From: Malacoraja senta
Lineage: Eukaryota
Direction of reading: 5' to 3'
DNA: 64,000 nt
NCBI GenBank assembly: GCA_038087875.1
Contig: CM075993.1
Location: 4,590,001 to 4,654,000, forward strand
The position numbers and the translations under genes were made by a program. The notes beneath the pieces were generated by a model. That model was not told the origin of the DNA. It saw only the letters and a program-made list of their open reading frames with translations, and ran no database searches. Numbering within the stretch: the stretch's first letter is position 1; each line of letters starts with the position of its first letter. This document shows, piece by piece, positions 57,486 to 64,000 of the stretch.

Positions 57486-60087
57486 GAGCATTCATTTGTT
57501 CTCTATCTCTCCACATCACTGTCTATATCTCTCCTTTCCCTTTCCCCTGACTAGTCTGAAGAAGGCTCTCAACCCATAACGTAGAAACATAGAAAATAGG
57601 TGCAGGAGTAGGCCATTCGGCCCTTCGAGCCTGCACCACCATTCAATATGATCATGGCTGATCATATTGTCAACGTCACCCATTCCTTCTATCCAGAGAT
57701 GCTGCCTGTCCCGCTGATTTACTCCAGCACATTGTGTCTATCTGCAGTATACTTTGACAGCCTTCCTCATAGTCTGTGACCCCAGCAATATTGGTATCAG
57801 GTCAGTCAATCAGAAAGACAGGAAAATGGACTCAGTCTCATATTAACACAATATTGCTTTTGGCATTCATGTGTTTTTTTACAAGGTAAAAAGTTTTATG
57901 TTCCTTGCTGACTCGTTATTTTCCATTACTATAACATTCAGTGTTACAAGTTTAGGCACTTTCATTATTGATCCTGTGCAACAAGAGACAAGAAACAGGT
58001 ACAAAGGGAAACTTAATATATAGACATGTATTTGTTTAAAGTCAGGATAATTTATTTCCCAGAATCTAGACATGGATTGAATTACTTTTATCCGAGCAAA
58101 TATAGTGCATACAGACTTCAAATAATACCAGAGAGTATGCAATACTCTATAGAAGAATGCAAATAAAATCTTTGCAGTTTGGGCTGATGAGTAAAGATGC
58201 CATCTGCATTCCCAGTCAGCTTGGAGCTGTCTGATCTCGACTCTGTTAAGAGTTGGGGGTACGAACATATTTTATTTCACAGGATGTGGCTGCTGTGATG
58301 GCTTCAATTTATTGTACATCATCGATTCTTCCCATTTCGGAGGGCAGTTCAGAGTCAACCCCATTGACGGAGGTGGGTCACAACACACACACAGGCAGAG
58401 GAGGAAGGGATGACGGATTTCCTGACCTGAAGACCTTTAGTAAGCCACAGTGGTTCTTATGACAATGCAGGAGCTTCATGCTCACCATTACAATATTAGC
58501 TTTCTCTCTCATATTTATTTCATTACTTGAATTTAAATTCCTGAGCTGCCACAGTGGGTTTTGTACTGTTGCCTCCACAATCAATACTCTTAATAACTGA
58601 ACCATTCCTCAATGTGAAGAGAAATAAAAGTCAGCCGGGTTTCATGCACACAATTGCTATTCATAACCAAGAGTAGAATGAGAAGATTATTGTCAATGTT
58701 GTCTCATAAGCAAGACCAACTAATATGAATGATACCAGAGGAACCTGACCCAAGCTAGAGTAAAAAAGAATAAAAACAGTAGAACCCGTTGATGGTAACT
58801 ATATACTCATGCCCCAGCCTCAAGTTTTCTCAATCTAACAAAATAATGGCGCCGAAAATTGTAATGTCCTCATTGAGTCTAACCATTCATATAATTTGCA
58901 ATTTGTTAATTTTGCAATTAAAATGGGTGAGATTCCAGCAGCTTTATCTTGCTGGGGCCGGTGTTTAAAAACTAGTAGTGCTGGTAGCAATTTTGCTGGT
59001 AGCAATTATACAATTGCCGATTGTCATCCTCAAAACAAGACTTCTCCTTCGGAAACAATAGGAGGATCCAGCCCTGACCAGCCAGCTGCTCTGTGGGTTG
59101 TTCCCACTCTCCTGGGATGGCTGGTAACCAGCTGCCACATGTCTGAGTACACAAGACAGACAATATGTGCAAACTTTATGACAGGAGTGAGACAAGACAG
59201 GTGCAGGAAACAGGGAAATCAATAGAAATAATAGACAGAAAGGGGCCATTCTGCCCAACAAATTGTTGGCAACAATCCTCTTCCCTCACAAGCATCCAGA
59301 TCTCATCACCTATCCACCTTGTTCACTCAATCGTAGTCATTCAGAGTGGAAACAGGCCCTTCGGCCAGACTTGCCCACACGGAACAACATGCCCCATCTG
59401 CATTAGTCCCACCTGCCTGTGTTTGGCCCATATCCCTCTAAATCACCCTATCCCATCCATGTACCTATCTAAATATTTCTTAAACATTGCAATTCCTTTT
59501 ACCTCTATCCTTTCTTCCACCTACACAATCTGATCAAACTGATTCTCTGCCTAAACTGCCACAGATATAAATTCCAGTCTCACAATTCTTTTGCGTGAAG
59601 CGGTTTCTTCAGCATTGTGCTACATCTCAAGTACTCATGACTCCACGTGCTTGGCCACTAAAATACTAGAAGCAATTTTAAAATGCATTCATATTATGCA
59701 TCAGCTGCTGATGATACTTATCTGGTTATCCAAAGGACCAGTTTATTTCCTTCTGGAGATAGCAAAGAACTATTTTCTGTTGGGTATTACCATGGAAATC
59801 ATTTGTACAATTTCTGGTTGGTGCTGGTGGAGATTGGAAGAGTAAGAACTTGTTTGGTACAATTCCCTACAAATGGCAATAGTAAAATGCAATACATGCC
59901 ATAACCCTATTTCGGACTTGACGGTTTCTATTTTAATTATTCTTTTGTTTTATGACATGGATTTCATTTATGATCATCTAGTTTTATTTGTTAACATAGC
60001 AAAATTTTGGTTGAACTGATCATCTTATTCCTGACGCTCAGGTGCATCTATTTCTATTGTTAAAGCTGTCTCCATGTTGTGTTAAGC

Positions 60088-60745
60088 AATGTCTGTGGAA
60101 TTCTCTGCCTCAGAGGGCGGTGGAGGCCGGTTCTCTGGATGCTTTCAAGTGAGCTAGACAGGGCTCTTAAAGATAGTGCAGTCAGGGGATTATGGGGAGA
60201 AGGCAGGAACGGGGGGGGGGGGGGGTACTGATTGGGGATACATAGATACATAGAAAATAGGTGCAGGAGTAGGCCATTCGGCCCTTCGAGCCTGCACCGC
60301 CATTCAATATGATCATGGCTGATCATCCAACTCAGTATCCCGTACCTGCCTTCTCTCCATACCCCCTGATCCCCTTAGCCACAAGGACCACATCTAACTC
60401 CCTCTTAAATATAGCCAATGAACTGGCCTCAACTACCCTCTGTGGCAGAGAGTTCCAGAGATTCACCACTCTCTGTGTGAAAACGTTTTTCCTCATCTCG
60501 GTCTTAAAGGATTTCCCCCTTATCCTTAAGCTGTGACGCCTTGTCCTGGACTTCCCCAACATCGGGAGCAATCTTCCTGCATCTAGCCTGTCCAACCCCA
60601 TAAGAATTTTGTACGTTTCTATAAGATCCCCTCTCAATCTCCTAAATTCTAGCGAGGATGATCAGCCATGATCACATTGAATGGCGGTGCTGACTCGAAG
60701 GGCCGAATAGCCTACTCCTGCACCTGTAGTCTATTGTCTATTGTA
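60088..60745. mobile_element. Plus-strand CR1 3' end interrupted by a minus-strand CR1 3' end (60238-60655)
   Basis: Host reads …tactgattgggga[insert]ggatgatcagccatg…; the insert encodes RGDLIETYKILMGLDRLDAG…. Confidence 0.88.
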
Positions 60746-62591
60746 TCCAACCACAAGAGAGCATGCGTTGGGTTGAATTGATGACCACTTACCAAATTTC
60801 AATTACAAAAAGAAAGCTTGGTGAATAATTTTATGGAAAAAAAGATTTCAACCCTCAAGCTAAAGTGGTCCTTAATGATCTGATGCTAAATCCTGTAACA
60901 AGGTTAATGCAATATTTGAGAAAAGTAGAAATAAGGAACTGCAGATGCTGGTTTACACAAAAGGTGATTGTAGTAACTCGGCAGGTGAGGGAACATCAAT
61001 GGAGAACATAGGTAGGTGATATTTTGGGTCGGGACCCTTCTTCAGACTGGGGGGGGGGGGTGGGAGAAGAAAGCTGTAAGAGGGGAGAGGCAGGACAAAG
61101 CGTGGCAGGTAATAGGTGGACACAGGTGAGGGGGGGGGTTGTTGGGCAGAAATAAAAGCAGGTGTGAGACAGGTGTGAGGAATTGCGAATTGTGGAGCCA
61201 GGTGGAAGATAGGTCAGTATGGGGATTGGAAGAGGAGTTAAAATGGCTAAAAGGTAATTCAGTGGCTGCATACTGGAACTGAAATTTAAAAAAAATGCTG
61301 AAAACACTCATCCGGTCTGTGACAAGAGAAACAGTTAACATTTCAAGACCTCTCTACAAATGCCACCTAACGTACCTAACAGGTCAGCATTTTCTGTTTT
61401 ATTTCAAATTTCCAGCATCTGCAGTGTTTTTGATTTTCATTTAGTCTACATTGGAATGTGCTGCCTCAACAGTGTTGTTGATAGATTCAGGAATAACTCT
61501 CAAAATGGAATCATACAAATAATTGCAAGGAGGCTATTTTGCATGACAATGGCCAAAGAGCAGGGGAATATGGCTAATTACTTAACTAGTGCGTGCACTG
61601 GCAGCCAAATGGCTATTTACTGGGCTATTTTCCATCTCCTCTTCAGAAATAATCTTTCTGAACATTACACTGGTCCACACATCACACTCAACATGTTCAA
61701 AGCAACACTCACTTTCCTTCCTTCCCTTATGAGTGGCAAGTGTGGGTGATAAACTTGGGAAATTTGTGCAATGTGTGTAAACAGTATTGAATGTTTTGCA
61801 CGGTTCCTGTATTGTATATATTTATTACTTGAATAAAGTCTATTTTGAAATTTAAAAAAAAAAAAAATCGCTTTCCTCCTCAAATGCTTATATAATCACT
61901 TCCACAAACACATTGACTGCATAGTTTCAAACAAAAATCCACTAAAAGTGTAAAGTGGGTACATTTAGATTGTATCAAAAGATAGCTTCTGGATTACACA
62001 CCACAGGATTTACTTTTAAATTGTTTTTGGGGTCACTTACTTCAGGACCGTTTATATTTTCCACCCTCATTCCATTTTGAAAACTGAACTGCTCGTTCAT
62101 AACCATTCTGAATTAGAAACTTGTAAACTTGTAATTTGTCTGTAAACTTGTTTTAACTGTAAAGTGTCCTTGAGTGTCCTGAAAGGCGCCCATAAATAAA
62201 ATGCATTATTATTATAGCTATAATAGTAGTGTGCTTTTGACCACTTCGCTAGTAAGTAATAATTTACAGTGTACGAAAAATACATAGCTTTATTCAAGAG
62301 GAAAAATAAGTGTTTTTATTAATTAATTTGAGGAAATTTGACAGAGAAATATTGAATACTGAGGATCAGATGACGTGATGTAGCTTGAAACCAGAACAAG
62401 TCCACTTTCGCCTCTATAATCCAGGTGAGATTATACTACCTAAAAATTATCATCACCATCCATTTAATTATATTAACAATATGCTATGGAGCAATTGGAA
62501 ATATTCTATTTTCCGATTTGCATAGGCACGAGAATTTTGCACCCAATGCATTGGTGATGGAAAGTAAATGACAGTCAGTGATAATACTGTG

Positions 62592-63026
62592 TTGGAAAGA
62601 ACAGCAAGTGCTGGTTTACACCGAAGATAGACACAATATGCTGGAGTAACTCAGCGGGACAGGCAGCATCTTTGGATAGAAGGAATGGGCGACGTTACGG
62701 GTCGAGACCCGTCTTCAGACTGAGAGGGAGACACAGAGATATGAAAGGGTAAGGTGTGAAAACAAGACATCAAAAGAGACGACGATCAAGGAAAATGCCG
62801 AATAGATCATTGTTAGCTGGGAGAAAGTGACAACAAAGCAAACAGAGACAAAATGTAATCAGGGGGACAGTCAGACTGGTCGAATAACTAGGAAGGGGAG
62901 GGGGGGGGGAATGGAGAGAGAGAGGGAAAGCAAGGGTTACTTGAAGTTAGAGAAATCAAAATTCATATCGCTGAGGTGTAAGCTGCCCTAGCGAAATATG
63001 AGATGCAGTTCCTCCAATTTGCGCTG
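62592..63026 (-). mobile_element. Penelope-like element 3' fragment
   Basis: pLTR arm, purine-rich spacer and endonuclease C-terminal remnant (ttgaagttagagaaatc…cctccaatttgcgctg). Confidence 0.8.
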
Positions 63027-64000
63027 CTAACACTGCTGACAAAATCAAAGTCTGACTTGGACAAGCCACATATGAACAAACATAACAGACTTTATCGAGG
63101 ATGGTGACAGGAAGAAATAGGTTTTAGAATCTCAGTGAAAATACCATAATCTCCCAAATCCACCTTGTTTTCCCACTGGCTGCACTAAACTTGCGAATTA
63201 TAGCAGCCACCTTAAAGCACTGAAGCAAAAACACAAAGTGCCAGAGTAATTCAGCGGGTCAGGCAGCATCTCTGGAGGACATGGATAGGCAATGGTTTGG
63301 GTCGGGACCCTGCTCGGTTCACTTGTCCTGCCGGTGATTTTGGAGGATTTTGCAGTTTTATTTTGTTTTATTTCTTCAGTTTTATTAGTAGTAATAAATA
63401 GTGAAGAAGCATTTAAAAATGTGACACCTATTTTTAATATTTTGTTTCTAATATGTTGTGAACTAAAAAAAGGTGAGGGTAACCAATATCAAGGCATACA
63501 CAGCTGCCAACAGGAAGAGTTGTGATAATCAGGTGGTCCCATCTTTCCAACTTTCAAATAATCTGTTCATTGTTGTCCCATGTGAGGCAGGCTACGACAA
63601 ACATCCCTTCCTCAGTACCACCCTGACAACTGACTTAATAGAATTACAGGCTCTGCTTTAATAACACATCTCAACTACAGGCCAGCAAAAACGACACTCT
63701 CAACCTGAATTATACAGCCAGAGATTCATATCCAATTATTAGCTAAAGTAACTATTACACAATCCAATCACAGGGAAAACAGCTGTTAATCTTCAATAGG
63801 TCGCTGCATATTAGTGGCTCACATGAACAGACCGTCTTTGTACTGGCCTCCACATACAGACTGTAATTATGTCCTAGTGACCGGCTGGGTGGGGACAGCC
63901 AGCCCCCTCAGACCCAGGCAGCAGATGGGGAACAATCAGTTCAATGTTCATCATCTGGATATGTATTAGGATAGTGCCTAGCATCTCTGACACCTTTGCA

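Noticed and set aside
62041..62083. Possible extra SCAPER micro-exon (cag|…gaa|gtaagt on minus strand)
   Set aside because: 43 nt, frame-shifting, and no resemblance to the expected upstream SCAPER peptide in any frame; no other support.

Overview
Eukaryotic, repeat-rich vertebrate DNA, most likely from a cartilaginous fish (skate/ray-like; inferred from HE1/V-SINE, Deu-domain SINE and HER1/CR1-type repeats). The only host gene I can support is SCAPER on the minus strand. Six consecutive coding exons (56053-56168, 42014-42137, 29809-30035, 14735-14890, 11184-11421, 9137-9286; 1011 nt, 337 codons) have GT-AG boundaries and compatible phases. The gene extends beyond both ends of the window, so everything else is intronic. 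The introns contain a 1.4-kb internally deleted Gypsy-type LTR element whose primer-binding site is an unusually long (49-nt) copy of a tRNA-Leu 3' half with apparent reverse-transcription scars. They also contain more than 30 short Penelope-derived pieces built around a minimal hammerhead-ribozyme motif (many as TSD-flanked palindromes) plus GIY-YIG relics, five Harbinger-like MITEs sharing terminal tips, an 8-bp-TSD MITE with an internal hairpin, L1, Rex1/Babar, CR1, L2 and RTE fragments, several repeat-free motif-rich blocks that may be ISL2 enhancers, and a 200-N assembly gap. Family assignments come from recognition, not database searches, and repeat edges without a TSD are approximate.
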